Source: Savitreella phatthalungensis (lineage: Eukaryota). Taken from it: a DNA stretch of 64,000 bases. Location: the NCBI GenBank assembly GCA_051599415.1, contig AP039699.1:310001-374000 (forward strand). The letters are read 5' to 3'. Positions 52,025 through 62,530 of this stretch are shown here, in pieces (position 1 is the first letter of the stretch; each line of letters begins with the position of its first letter). A model generated the notes under the pieces. That model ran no database searches. It had not been told where the DNA came from and saw nothing but the letters and a program-made list of their open reading frames with translations. A program made the position numbers and the translations under genes.

Positions 52025-55000
52025 ATGTCAGATTCGCTCGCATCCAAGATGCAGCTTGATCCACTGGAAAAGGACGGAGGTCGCGAGATTGACGAGTCTC
52101 TTTACTCACGTCAGCTGTACGTCCTCGGCCACGATGCTATGCGGCGCATGGCAAACAGTAATATCCTCATCGTCGGTCTCAAAGGACTTGGATGTGAAAT
52201 CGCAAAGAACGTTGCGCTCGCAGGCGTCAAGTCTCTTACACTGTATGACCCAAATCCGGTCATGATCCAGGACCTATCCACACAGTTCTTCCTTCACCCG
52301 GAAGACGTCGGCAAGCCGAGGGCAGCAGTCTCTGCTCCACGGCTAAGCGAACTCAACAGCTACGTTCCAATCCGAGTGCTTGATGGCGACCTTACACCGG
52401 ACAACCTGCGAGACTTCCAGGTCGTCGTGCTGACAGAGACTGCGCTAAGCAAACAGCTGGAGATCAACGACTTCACTCATAACAACGGCATCTTCTTCAT
52501 CTCTACAGACGTTCGCGGCCTATTCGGCAACATCTTCTGCGACTTTGGACCCGATTTTGCAGTCGTCGACCCGACCGGCGAAGAACCCTTGTCCGGTATT
52601 GTTGCCAGCATCACAAGTGATGGCCTCGTCACTGCTCTCGACGAGAGTCGACATGGTCTCGAGTCTGGAGACTTTGTGACGTTTGCAGAAGTCGAGGGAC
52701 TTGATCTGGGCACTGAACCGTACAAGATCGATGTCAAGGGGCCTTACACCTTCAGTATCGGGCCCCTCACTGGCAAGGGCCAATACACGCGTGGTGGCAT
52801 CTTCACTCAAGCCAAAATGCCAAAGATCATCAATTTTGCCTCGCTTCGACAGCAGCTCGACGCACCCGAGATGCTCATTTCGGACTTTGCCAAGTTCGAC
52901 AGACCTCTTCAGCTCCATATTGGCTTCCAGGCGCTTCACAAGTTCGCCGAGGCGCACGAGGGTCTTCTGCCACGCGCACGGCATGAAGCCGATGCAGCGG
53001 ACATCTGGCGCATTGCACAGGAGCTTGCTGGAGCCCGGACTGACAAGCCGGAGCTGGACGAGAAGCTCATCAAGGAGCTTTCGTACCAGGCTCGTGGTGA
53101 CATTTCTCCGATGGTGGCTGTCTTTGGCGGCATCGTTGCACAAGAAGTGCTCAAAGCCGTGTCAGGCAAATTCCACCCAATCGTACAATACCTTTACTTC
53201 GACTCACTCGAGTCCCTTCCACAGTCTGTCACGCTCTCGGAACAGGAGTGCGCGCCCACAGGCTCGCGTTACGATGGACAGATTGCTGTGGTCGGTAAGA
53301 GCTTCCACGAGCGCATCGCTAATACGAAAGAGTTCCTAGTGGGGTCTGGTGCCATCGGATGCGAAATGCTCAAGAATTGGGCCATGATGGGTCTTGGCAG
53401 TGGCCCACAAGGCCAGATCCACGTGACAGATATGGACACGATTGAGAAGAGCAACCTGAACAGACAATTCCTCTTCCGCTCGCCCGATGTCGGGAAGCTG
53501 AAGAGCGAGGTTGCAGCAACTGCTGTCGCCAACATGAACCCTGATCTTCGTGGCAAGATAACAGCATATCGGGAGCGAGTCGGCTTTGAGACGGAGAATA
53601 TCTTTGGCGATGACTTCTTCGCTGGACTAGACTCTGTCACAAACGCACTCGATAACGTTGACGCTCGTACGTATGTCGATCGCCGTTGCGTCTTCTTCAA
53701 GAAGTCGCTACTCGAATCCGGCACACTTGGAACGAAGGGTAACACGCAAGTTGTATACCCGAATCTGACGGAGTCCTACTCATCCAGTCAGGATCCGCCG
53801 GAGAAGTCTTTCCCGATGTGCACTATCAAAAACTTCCCGAACCAGATCGAGCATACGATCGCGTGGGCGAGAAGCGAGTTCGAGGCATACTTCTCCGAAC
53901 CGGCGAACCACGTCAACCTCTACTTGTCACAGCCAAACTTCCTCGAAGCGACGCTGAAACAGAGTGGCGACCAGCGCGCGATTCTTGAGACGATCAAATC
54001 TTTCCTTGTCACGCACAAGCCGTTGACGTTCGAGGAATGTATCGCGTGGGCGCGATTCGAATTCGAGAAGACCTACAATCACAATATCCGCCAGCTGCTG
54101 TATCGTTTCCCGAAGGATTCCGTCACCTCGACAGGCACACCGTTCTGGTCCGGTCCAAAGCGTGCCCCGACGCCTCTCGCATTCGACGTCAACGACCCGA
54201 TCCACTTTGCGTATGTCGTCGCCGGTGCCAATCTGCATGCGTTCAACTATGGTCTGAAGGGGGAGGCTTCCGCGGAGGTATATCGGAAGGTCTTGAGCAC
54301 GATCGAGATTCCTGAGTGGCAACCTTCTGAGAATGTGCATTTCAAGGTGAATGACAACGATCCGGAGCCTGAGGCTTCAGGGGCAGGGGACGATGCAGAT
54401 GTCTTGCAATCTCTTGCAAACGATCTACCTCCGCCGAGCGCTGTCGCAGGTTTCCGCCTTCAGCCTGTGGAATTCGAGAAGGACGACGACACGAACCACC
54501 ACATCGACTTCATCACGGCGGCATCAAACCTGCGAGCACTCAACTACGGCATCGCCACCGCCGATCGCCACAGGACCAAGTTCATCGCAGGCAAGATCAT
54601 CCCGGCTATCGCGACCACCACCGCTGCAACCACAGGTTTCATCTGCCTCGAGCTCCTCAAGATCATCGACGGCAAGAACAAGTTGGAAGACTACAAGAAC
54701 GGCTTCATCAACCTAGCCCTGCCGTTCTTCGGTTTCTCTGAACCGATTCAGTCGCCGAAGCTCAAGTACAATGGTCGTGAGGTTGACAAGATTTGGGATC
54801 GATTTGACGTGAGTGCTGGAATGACGTTGCGCGGGTTGCTGGATCAGTTCAAAGATGAGCATGGGTTGGAGATCACGATGCTGTCGTCAGGCACATCCCT
54901 CCTGTACGCCAGCTTCTTCCCGGCAAAAAAGCTGCAGGAGAGGTATGCGCTCGATCTCGTTGCACTAGTCGAAACCGTCTCAAAGAAACCGGTACCATCA

Positions 55001-55087
55001 CACGCCAAAAACTTCATCCTCGAAATCTGCTGCGACGATCAAGAAGGTGAGGACGTCGAAGTACCTTTCATCACAGCACATCTGTAG
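52025..55087 (+). CDS. UBA1: Ubiquitin-activating enzyme E1
   Basis: [39 protein letters not shown], catalytic [29 protein letters not shown]. Confidence 0.98.
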   Translation: MSDSLASKMQLDPLEKDGGREIDESLYSRQLYVLGHDAMRRMANSNILIVGLKGLGCEIAKNVALAGVKSLTLYDPNPVMIQDLSTQFFLHPEDVGKPRAAVSAPRLSELNSYVPIRVLDGDLTPDNLRDFQVVVLTETALSKQLEINDFTHNNGIFFISTDVRGLFGNIFCDFGPDFAVVDPTGEEPLSGIVASITSDGLVTALDESRHGLESGDFVTFAEVEGLDLGTEPYKIDVKGPYTFSIGPLTGKGQYTRGGIFTQAKMPKIINFASLRQQLDAPEMLISDFAKFDRPLQLHIGFQALHKFAEAHEGLLPRARHEADAADIWRIAQELAGARTDKPELDEKLIKELSYQARGDISPMVAVFGGIVAQEVLKAVSGKFHPIVQYLYFDSLESLPQSVTLSEQECAPTGSRYDGQIAVVGKSFHERIANTKEFLVGSGAIGCEMLKNWAMMGLGSGPQGQIHVTDMDTIEKSNLNRQFLFRSPDVGKLKSEVAATAVANMNPDLRGKITAYRERVGFETENIFGDDFFAGLDSVTNALDNVDARTYVDRRCVFFKKSLLESGTLGTKGNTQVVYPNLTESYSSSQDPPEKSFPMCTIKNFPNQIEHTIAWARSEFEAYFSEPANHVNLYLSQPNFLEATLKQSGDQRAILETIKSFLVTHKPLTFEECIAWARFEFEKTYNHNIRQLLYRFPKDSVTSTGTPFWSGPKRAPTPLAFDVNDPIHFAYVVAGANLHAFNYGLKGEASAEVYRKVLSTIEIPEWQPSENVHFKVNDNDPEPEASGAGDDADVLQSLANDLPPPSAVAGFRLQPVEFEKDDDTNHHIDFITAASNLRALNYGIATADRHRTKFIAGKIIPAIATTTAATTGFICLELLKIIDGKNKLEDYKNGFINLALPFFGFSEPIQSPKLKYNGREVDKIWDRFDVSAGMTLRGLLDQFKDEHGLEITMLSSGTSLLYASFFPAKKLQERYALDLVALVETVSKKPVPSHAKNFILEICCDDQEGEDVEVPFITAHL

Positions 55088-55218
55088 ATCGATTGACTTT
55101 TGCACGCCTTCTTGCTAGAAGATACAGAAGATAATAAAGGAATTGTTGAAAAAATCGTCATTCATGAATATAGGAGGTGAAAGGGGTTCGTCAAAACTGT
55201 ACAGGATTTGCGTGGTCA

Positions 55219-56488
55219 TCAGGAGACGCGACCGGAGTCGTGCATGACGACGTCGGTGGAGGCTACGGCTGTGTCTCCGTTGTTGGCGCCACCGTTGGCA
55301 TTGCCGGCTTGTGGGTGTGAGGATTCTGCGGCGGCGCGCTCTTTCTCCTGGATCCCTTGCTGCCAGAGGAACAGTCGTACGAGACCTCGAAGCTTGGCCT
55401 CACGAACGATCCCCTGCGACTCAAGCAGTGCCTCGTTCACCCGATCAGCAACCAGGTGCCGAGTATCTGTGCTCAGGAGCGCACGCGCAGACGCGTCAAG
55501 GACGTCGTGCGGGAAACATAAGAGTGACATTGTCTGCTCGAGGTCGGTCAAGCAAGCAGGCGATGTCTGTGCTCGCGGAGCCAAGTGCGATGTGGCAAAG
55601 TCGAGAAGCGTCGAGAGCGACCAAGGCGATGGTGCTGCGAGGTGTGCGCGAATCAGCTCGATCAGGTGTAAGCGCAGTAGCATGAAGTGTAGCGTCGGGT
55701 CCGTGTCAAGGAGCTATGGGTCAGTCATATGATTCGGGGTGACGTGTCCGTGATCGCTCGATGGACGTCAAGCCACAGTCATTCTGGAACACTCAGCTTG
55801 AAGACTGAAGTTGTGATATGCCTCATCATCCGGCGCGAGCCGGCAGAGTGGTGCATGAACAATGCTCATCAACGTGTTCCTGTGAAATGGTGGCTTGGGC
55901 TTGCGAGTGATTGATTTTGTCTGTTGCGACTTACCTCTGGATCGAGCTCATTGACTAGGGTGATTGCACGGGTGATGTCTCCACGAATGATGGCGGTTCG
56001 AATTTGGACCCGTTCTGAGATGGATTCCGTGGAGACCTTTGGCGTGATGTTTGCCTCCTGTGCGAATTTGGCTGCAGCAGTTTCGTAGCCTTCGATGACG
56101 AGAAAACTGAGAACGAGGTTGTTCAGGTCACTAGGAGGAGTGTCAGTCTAAAAGTCCTTGCCACTTTAGATTTCAACGACGACGACGCTCAAGCAGATCT
56201 TCAGCTCTGTGCCTTCTCCGGTGCTCAGGTCAGTCGATAATGATCATTTACTCTTCCACAAGCGTAATTCTCGGAGAGATTCCCAATCATGAGTAATCAG
56301 TCCTGAGCTGGGGAGGAGAGCTGGAAGAAGATATATGCTGGATACGTTGCCGCCAACGGGACGACATTTCGTGATAGATGGAAAGTGGGAATAACGTACG
56401 CTTTCGAGTAGGGTGTCTCAATGTGCTCGTGAGCGGTCTGGACGATTGGTTGTGATTGATGCACGGTCTGCGCCGCTGCCGCACTCAT
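55219..56488 (-). CDS. GID8: GID/CTLH complex subunit Gid8 (LisH-CTLH-CRA); exons 56400-56488, 55935-56130, 55219-55713
   Basis: Introns 56131-56399 (GTACGT..CTGAC..TAG) and 55714-55934 (GTAAGT..CTGAC..TAG) splice in frame: SKADLNNLVLSFLVIEGYETAAAKFAQE..ERVQIRTAIIRGDI..NELDPE|LLDTDPTLHFMLLRLHLIELIR..LEQTMSLLCF..VADRVNEALL. Confidence 0.92.
55786..55880 (-). ncRNA. Intronic box C/D snoRNA, snR40/U32-like (18S G1271 equivalent), with a second LSU guide
   Basis: Minus strand: stem GGAACAC, C box TTGATGA, guide CATGCACCAC, D' CTGC, hairpin CCGGC/GCCGG, C' ATGATGA, guide ACTTCAGTCTTCAA, D CTGA, stem GTGTTCC. Confidence 0.85.
56223..56308 (-). ncRNA. Intronic box C/D snoRNA, U79/SNORD79-like
   Basis: Minus strand: stem GCTCAGG, C-like CTGATTA, guide TGGGAATCTC, D' CCGA, C' ATGATCA, D CTGA, stem CCTGAGC. 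The guide is complementary to LSU GAGAUUCCCA. Confidence 0.75.
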
Positions 56489-57051
56489 GGCTGGGGCAAG
56501 GAGAGCAGCAGGCAGAACAGACAACCAACCAGTTTGACTGGTCGATTGACTGACTGATTGACTCACGTTCAAATCAGATCTGCTGATGTGAGCGTTTGAG
56601 CGTACAGATGGTCTTGAGAGTCTGCGTAGAAGCGTCGCAATGGATGGTCAGATTGGAAACAGTAAGTAGGTCTGACTCAATTGACCTGAATACTGTGCTG
56701 CAGCAGTTTGAAATTAGCCCAGGATGCAGCTCCCAGATGCAGGGTTTGTACGCACACGCTTAAATCCTGTGGCATTCAGTACACGATATATCATGCTTAT
56801 TATTTGTGTGTGTACGTGTATGCAGGCACGGCAATCTGGTGTAAAAGCCTGCTGAACTCAAATTAGACCTTGAGCGCATATACAGTATATGCATTTAAAC
56901 TCAATTGAAAATTTAAGTGGAATTCGGAAATTTCTTTGAAAACAAATTGGATATCAAATTGATTTTGCAGCTTGAATACAGTCCTCGATCGCCTTCTAAA
57001 GTGCTTTCATAGCAGTACTGTGTCTGTGATTTGGAACTGGTATTAGAACTA

Positions 57052-58970
57052 AAGTCGAAACACGTAAAATTGATCACCTTTAACTTCGCGCAGAAAATAA
57101 AGACGCGTCGAACACGTCACCACCTGCCTTCAGAGCAGCCTACTGCCTCCTACAGCGCCTATGGACGCATTCTATCGCGAGGCATGCCTCCAGGCAGCCT
57201 TGAACCACTACGCTGCTTGAAGAGACGGCCAGAAACCGTCTCTTCGTGATGCTGCAGCAGAGTATAGCGTTTCACCCAGCACTTTGAGGCATCGGCTACT
57301 GAACGGCAATAGGACTGCCTCAGAGGCTGCCAGAGAGCGCCAAAAGCTGACAGAATCACAGGAGAAGGCTCTGGTAGACATGCTGCACAGAAGGTCTGCA
57401 GTAGGCTATCCTATGACTCCTGGGGAGGTCACTAGCCTAGCAGACAAATTTTTCGAAGCTTGCGGCAGCACAGTGCACCTCGGAATGCGCTGGTTTCCTT
57501 CCTTCAAATTACGCCATCCTGACATCCACACAGTGCGCAGCAATCGCATCGACCACAGCCGCATGTACGCGGTGGATTCAGCTACTGTGGAGGCCTATTC
57601 AAGATCCTAGGCACCTATCTTCGAGAGGAAGCGATCCTGCCTGAGGATGTGTGGAATGCTGACGAATCTGGCCTCATGATGGGCCGTTCCCAGTCCTCCC
57701 AGGTGGTGGTTCCACTGCTGCAGAAGGGTAAGAAGCGCGCTGTGGCAGCAGACAATGGAGATCGCGAAACAGTCAGCTGTATGGCCTGTGTTTCTGCTGC
57801 AGGTGCCCATTTACAACCAGTTCTGGTGTTCAGGCGCACTCAGGCAAAGAGGGAGGCCTGTGGAAAGGCTGTGGAGGCTGGGCTGGCGCCTCCTGACAAG
57901 GCGAAGTACCTAGGCACGCCTGGAAACGCTGTACGCGTGTTTCACTCGAAAAACGGCTTCCTCACGTCCCAGTTAATCGTCCAGTGGCTACAGGAGGTCT
58001 TCCTGCCTGCCACAGCACGAGATCCACCGAGGACGCGCGTCCTAGTGATTGATGGCGCCTGCGCTCACGCCACGCACGAGGTCATGTACGAATGCGCAAA
58101 AAATGGCGTCAAACTGGTTTATCTGCCTGCCCACAGCTCCCACCTCACACAGCCGCTCGACCTAGCCGTGTTCTCGCCTTTGAAGAACTACTATGGGCAG
58201 GCAGTGAAGGTACTCAGCCGCAGGCTAGCTGGCAGACCCTGGGGGCGCAAAGAATTCATCTCGATCTTTCTCGGCGCCTGGCAGAAGGCGCTGAACCGCC
58301 AGAACATCACCTCTGGCTTCAGACAAGGAGGTATCTGGCCCTATGACCCACAGGCGGTGCGCCGAAGCGTGCTCTCCTACAACAATTCAGTCGAACCTGC
58401 CTCGGAAGCTGCGAAAAGGCCAGAAAGGCCTGCCTTGGCCACCCTGACCACCAATGCAGCCAATACACTGCCGAAAACGGTCAAAGCGACACGCGCGACA
58501 CTGCAGGCAGCTGGAAAAGAGAGATACGAGGTGCTAGAGCTAGCACTCGCAGAGAATGCGCGAAAAGATCGCCTCATCGAGGAACTGAGAACTGCTGCAG
58601 AGCAGCACCAGTTCATGATCGCCAATAGGGACGAGACTATAGCAGCCCTGCAGGCCAAGGCCTCGCGTCCTAGGGCAGCCTTCAAGGCACAGCAGCTGGC
58701 TAGAGGAGTGGACTGGCTAAAAGGCTTACTCGGCGAAGACTACACAGATATGAGGTGGCACTGGATCGCAGCGAAGGCGAGGGCTGCTAAAATTGAGCCT
58801 AGAGCATGGATAGAGGCACAGGACCAGGCTGCCTTACTTTCAGAGCTAGCGCTGGTGATTCCATCGAATAGCGAGCAATCTACGGAGAAGGTGTCTTGGA
58901 AGAGGCGACAAAAAAAACGTGTGTGAAATTGATTAATCTTAAAGGTGATCAATTCTAGGTGTAGCGACTT
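57052..58970 (+). mobile_element. pogo/Fot1-type (Tc1/mariner superfamily) DNA transposon
   Basis: 32-bp TIRs at 57052-57083 and 58939-58970 (28/32 match), flanked by TA at 57050-57051 and 58971-58972; encloses a DDE transposase. Confidence 0.9.
57161..58926 (+). pseudogene. Disrupted pogo transposase (HTH-psq, CENP-B HTH, DDE_1)
   Basis: ATG 57161; in-frame TGA 57218-57220; SLRDAAAEYSVSPSTLRHR and LTESQEKAL HTHs; 1-nt frameshift near 57597; then WNADESG, LVIDG, PAHSSHLTQPLDLAVFSPLK. Confidence 0.9.
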
Positions 58971-59787
58971 TAGGATTAGGATCACGAGCAGCATCATGTT
59001 CGGCAGCAAGCAATGTTCGATTTCATCAGGGCTGACACAGCATGAGGAAATCATCGAGTGGGTGATGAACTAGGAAGCCGTTCCGGGCAGGAGAGTGAAT
59101 GTTTCTATGTATCCATCTCAACTCTGAATGACACAACTCAACTGGTTAAGGCTTCTTTGCTGAGATTAGGACACTCCAGCTTTTCTCAGAGCTGTCAAAG
59201 ATCAGCTGTGCATCAGCTTATTGCCTCTGACTATGCTCGCCCTGCTGCAGAACAAATTTGTATACTTTGCCAGACACGCACGCTTCTCCAAAGCAGTACG
59301 GTGTCACGGCAATTTTGGCTCACATTCCCTGCCGGTCAGATGAGGCTGCCGGTGTGCAATGCTCTACCGATTGTTACATGTATATACGAGATGTCAAGGA
59401 TGTGTAAACTTTGCCTCGTTACTCATCCTAGTATTCGAGCCAAGCTGTATCTTCCAACCAGGACTATATATACGTACGTGTACAGACTACACCTTCGACT
59501 ACACCTTGCAATTGATGCTTGTAAGGTCAGATCTCGAATAATTAATTAAATTCGATTGCGAGTGTTTTCTGATTTTAGCTCAGTTAATATCCAAAATATA
59601 TGCTGACCCCGGCCGTTAACGCATGAGCCCTGTGACTTTCACGTGGATTATGACGACATTCCAAGACCTCGCCGAATTCTTAGATCTCTGTCTTGGATAG
59701 CTCAAACATCTACTGGATCTACACTTCACACAAGCAGTCCACGAACTACACGACAGGCTTATAAGCAAAGGTGAAGCTTTCCAGTGC

Positions 59788-60906
59788 ATGCTAGGTAGAC
59801 TCAAACAAGTTCTCGGTCAAGTCAACTCTCAACTCCCTTTCACTCAATCACGCAACATGGCAATCACAAACTGGGCTTCCAAGGACGGCCACTTCCGCAG
59901 ACCAGAGTCACAATTCCGTAACAGCATCGGTGACAAGGACTTCCCGGCAGAGAAGGATCGTTACCACCTCTACGTCTCCTACGCTTGCCCATGGGCACAC
60001 CGTGTCCTGATCGTCCGCAAGCTCAAGGGTCTGGAGGAGTTCCTCCCAGTCACTGTTGTTCACTGGGAAATGCTTGAGGGAGGATGGCGTTTTCTTAAGG
60101 ACGGAGAGCAGGCCGGCAACGACATCGAAAAGGATCCCTTGTACAATTCACAGTTCATCAAGGACCTCTACTTCAAGGCCAAGCCAGACTACGAGGGTCG
60201 TTTCACTGTCCCGACAATCTGGGACAAGAAGCAGGAAACAATCGTCAACAACGAGTCGAGTGAGATCATCCGCTTCCTCAACACCGCATTCGACGATTTG
60301 GTCGAGCCAAAGTACAAGGGCGTTACCTACTACCCTGAGGACCTTCGTTCCAAGATCGATGAGCTTAATGAGTGGGTCTACAATACTGTCAACAACGGTG
60401 TTTACAAGTGTGGATTTGCAAGCACGCAGGAAGCTTACGAGGCAGCTCTGTTCCCGCTGTTCGAGTCTCTCAACCGGCTGGAGAAGCAGCTGAGTGAAAC
60501 CTCAGGCGGTTACCTGTTTGGTGACAAGCTGACTGAGGCTGACATCCGTCTATTTACGACAATCGTCCGCTTCGACGTCGTCTACGTCCAGCACTTTAAG
60601 ACAAATCTCGGTACTATCCGCCACAACTACCCTCACCTGAACCGCTGGCTGAAGAAGCTCTACTGGAACGATGCCGCTTTCAAGGACACGACGAACTTTG
60701 AGCACATCAAGAAGCACTACACAAAGTCACACACGCAGATCAACCCCACCAAGATCACGCCTGTCGGTCCTTTGCCCCACGTCGAGCCCGAAGACGGCGG
60801 CGACGTCATCCTCAAGGTCGGAAACATCAAGCTCGACCATCTGGTGCCTGAGACCGAGGGCAGCCGCACGCACACGCTCAAGCACCCAGAGCCCAACCCC
60901 GAATAA
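59788..60906 (+). CDS. ECM4: Glutathionyl-hydroquinone reductase / omega-like GST (Ecm4/Gto2 family)
   Basis: GHFRRPESQFRN, RYHLYVSYACPWAHR, FTVPTIWDKK, IVNNESSEIIR, VNNGVYKCGFA, TEADIRLF, HIKKHYTKSH..INP..ITPVGP. Confidence 0.94.
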   Translation: MLGRLKQVLGQVNSQLPFTQSRNMAITNWASKDGHFRRPESQFRNSIGDKDFPAEKDRYHLYVSYACPWAHRVLIVRKLKGLEEFLPVTVVHWEMLEGGWRFLKDGEQAGNDIEKDPLYNSQFIKDLYFKAKPDYEGRFTVPTIWDKKQETIVNNESSEIIRFLNTAFDDLVEPKYKGVTYYPEDLRSKIDELNEWVYNTVNNGVYKCGFASTQEAYEAALFPLFESLNRLEKQLSETSGGYLFGDKLTEADIRLFTTIVRFDVVYVQHFKTNLGTIRHNYPHLNRWLKKLYWNDAAFKDTTNFEHIKKHYTKSHTQINPTKITPVGPLPHVEPEDGGDVILKVGNIKLDHLVPETEGSRTHTLKHPEPNPE

Positions 60907-61030
60907 TTTCAGGGATCCCCAATTTGGTATAGCGAGCCAGTTCTGCGCGGCATTAGGAGCTCCATAAAATGCAGTACAATGCAATATCCTATCATATGAC
61001 GTTAGAGTCAACATGACCTTCTCTTCTCGA

Positions 61031-61972
61031 TCATGACCGATCTAGGCGGATGTAATTGACGAGTTCGACGCCTTCACCTGCCCATTGCCTGACGGTTCTC
61101 GATTGCTGATCTCCTACTTTGTCGAGCGTCCAGAACTCTTGCGCAGACTCCGGCTGCTGAGCGACGACTTCTCTAGCAATCTCGTCTGCAAACTCAACGA
61201 CCGTCCGACCTTGCTCGTTCAATCGCCCAGCCAATTCCTCAGTCACAGACACCTGGACCAACGCTCCCATCCGCCCAATCGCCGTGTCAACTTGGACGTC
61301 ACCCATCACACCAGGTGTCGAATTGAACCCAGGCGGTCCACCGTGGCAGTGGACACCGAGCGCTAGCTGGACACCGGTCTGTGTGACTTTGTGAGCGGCA
61401 AGGGCGGTACCCAAGACGGCCGAGAGTCTGACAGTCTCTCCGACGAGGGACATCTGGTGGGTGATGGCCTGGTGGAGTGGTGTGGAGGCTGATGGGGAGG
61501 CAGCGGTGGCGGCTAGTGTGGGGTCGAGGATATTTGCAAAGTCAGCTGTCCCGTGCTCGCGAGCGGTCCTCGCAGCAGCTCCACCAACCACCCGCGCAAG
61601 CGACACAATCGCCTCCGATCGAGCCACAAAATCAGTCTCCGTGTTCAGCTGAGAGATCGATGCTGCAGGTCTATTTGTAGGCGTGTTGATCCTGGAGGCG
61701 ATCACCCACCCTTCACGTGCTTCACGTCCTGCACTCTTCGCCACGAGCTTGTCTCCTCGCTTTGCCATCTCTTCCTTCAAAGCTGCGAGAGCTGCAGCAT
61801 AGTCACCTGAAGACTTGGACACCGCATTCTTGATCAGGTTTAGTGGTGCTCCAGACTCGTCCCGCAGACGCTTGATGAGCTGCAGGGAAGAAGAACCCGA
61901 TGTTGAGGTAGAGCTGTAGCAGCGGTAGAGAGAGCGAGTGAGCCCGCTCGAGCAACAATGACGTGACAGCAT
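61031..61972 (-). CDS. TSF1: Mitochondrial elongation factor Ts (divergent C-terminal half)
   Basis: Presequence-like start, UBA-like LIKRLRDESGAPLNLIKNA, REAREG, LNTETDFVARS, VGETVRL, GRMGALV. Confidence 0.82.
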   Translation of the reverse strand: MLSRHCCSSGLTRSLYRCYSSTSTSGSSSLQLIKRLRDESGAPLNLIKNAVSKSSGDYAAALAALKEEMAKRGDKLVAKSAGREAREGWVIASRINTPTNRPAASISQLNTETDFVARSEAIVSLARVVGGAAARTAREHGTADFANILDPTLAATAASPSASTPLHQAITHQMSLVGETVRLSAVLGTALAAHKVTQTGVQLALGVHCHGGPPGFNSTPGVMGDVQVDTAIGRMGALVQVSVTEELAGRLNEQGRTVVEFADEIAREVVAQQPESAQEFWTLDKVGDQQSRTVRQWAGEGVELVNYIRLDRS

Positions 61973-62530
61973 CTACTACCAGATGTCTGACTCACTCGAC
62001 CTCACTACTGACGTCGTACACTTCAGTAGAGAGATCCGTGCTCAAGTTGTGCATACCAATTTTTTTTTCCTTTATGATAAGCTTCCCACTTGACCTTGGT
62101 TGTGGGAGATGCCTGTGGAGGTATGATTTTAATTCAGATTTAAAGCTGATCAAATGTTCTCTTTTGTCTGGCTTCGATTAATGAACCAAATTCAAAATGA
62201 TGCAAGCACATGCATTAAATTTCCATGGAGTAAAAAGTGTGATCGTCGAATCAGCCGTCAACAGCTAGGAAGAGCTCAAGGCTCATATCACTCTCGTCAT
62301 CCACAGAACCTCCTCCCCACACATAACAATCCTCGTCTTCCTTCGTCCCTATTGACAAGCTGTTCTTCTTGAGTATAGGACGCGCAGTTTGATCCAAATC
62401 AGCAGGTCTGGCGGGCATGATTGCTATCTGACTGCAGCTTGAGTTCTTTCCTGTGTAGCAGGGCAGTGTGATCATCACAAAAGTCAGCCGCTGAAACTTT
62501 ATCATATATCGACCCTCATACTCCATCAAC

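Noticed and set aside
55076..55087. UBA1 ends in AHL, a PTS1-like tripeptide
   Set aside because: The E1 C-terminus is part of the folded UFD domain; likely coincidental.
59082..59163. GTGATGA...CTGA candidate C/D snoRNA
   Set aside because: No convincing stem, internal boxes or rRNA complementarity.
6228..61972. Five mitochondrial translation genes (FMT1, HER2, MRPL36, MRPL19, TSF1) in one window
   Set aside because: They are scattered among unrelated genes, and I cannot show enrichment over chance.
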